Positions 63,970 through 64,000 of a stretch of DNA of 64,000 bases are shown piece by piece. Positions within the stretch are counted from its first letter, which is position 1. The number at the start of each line of letters is the position of its first letter. The DNA comes from Octopus bimaculoides (taxonomy: Eukaryota), in assembly GCF_001194135.2 (NCBI RefSeq), contig NC_068993.1:36493624-36557623 (forward strand). Reading direction: 5' to 3'. Made by a program: the position numbers and the translations under genes. The notes under the pieces are model-generated. The model searched no databases. It had not been told where the DNA came from and saw nothing but the letters and a program-made list of their open reading frames with translations.

Positions 63970-64000
<31 letters not shown>
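63670..64000. repeat. (TG)n/(TA)n/(CATA)n compound microsatellite
   Basis: Read directly from the sequence; explains ORFs 63608-63998. Confidence 0.95.

Noticed and set aside
63608-63998. Three overlapping ~110-130 aa ORFs
   Set aside because: Translations of (TATG)n/(TG)n repeats.

Overview
AT-rich, intron-rich eukaryotic (animal) genomic DNA with three assembly gaps (1200-1577, 14570-14971, 33489-33909). The SINE/LINE/microsatellite landscape resembles a coleoid cephalopod (Octopus-like); this is inference from recall, not a database result. Two convergent protein-coding genes are supported by splice-site, phase and motif evidence. The first is the last four coding exons of TMEM144 (+ strand, 4657-15068). 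The second is the last two coding exons of a GAB/DOS-family docking protein (- strand, 53419-48877). The remainder is mostly transposon debris: RTE-clade LINE fragments (including a young 3'-end family), R4/Dong-like RLE LINE fragments, at least three tRNA-derived SINE families, tandem Helitron-like elements, an internally deleted mariner, hAT, TTAA-type and TA-type MITEs, foldback palindromes and micro/minisatellites. No prokaryotic-type system (CRISPR, operon) is present. The best second-look items are: (i) a type I hammerhead ribozyme with a long AU-rich stem II, in sense orientation in the last TMEM144 intron, plus two degenerate hammerhead-like motifs; (ii) a covarying hairpin array in the RTE 3'UTR; (iii) a candidate 10-nt microexon paired with a 10-nt-shifted acceptor in the GAB/DOS gene; (iv) head-to-tail Helitrons splitting a SINE; (v) long perfect hairpins just downstream of both genes. 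Repeat boundaries are read by eye and approximate unless TSDs/TIRs are quoted.
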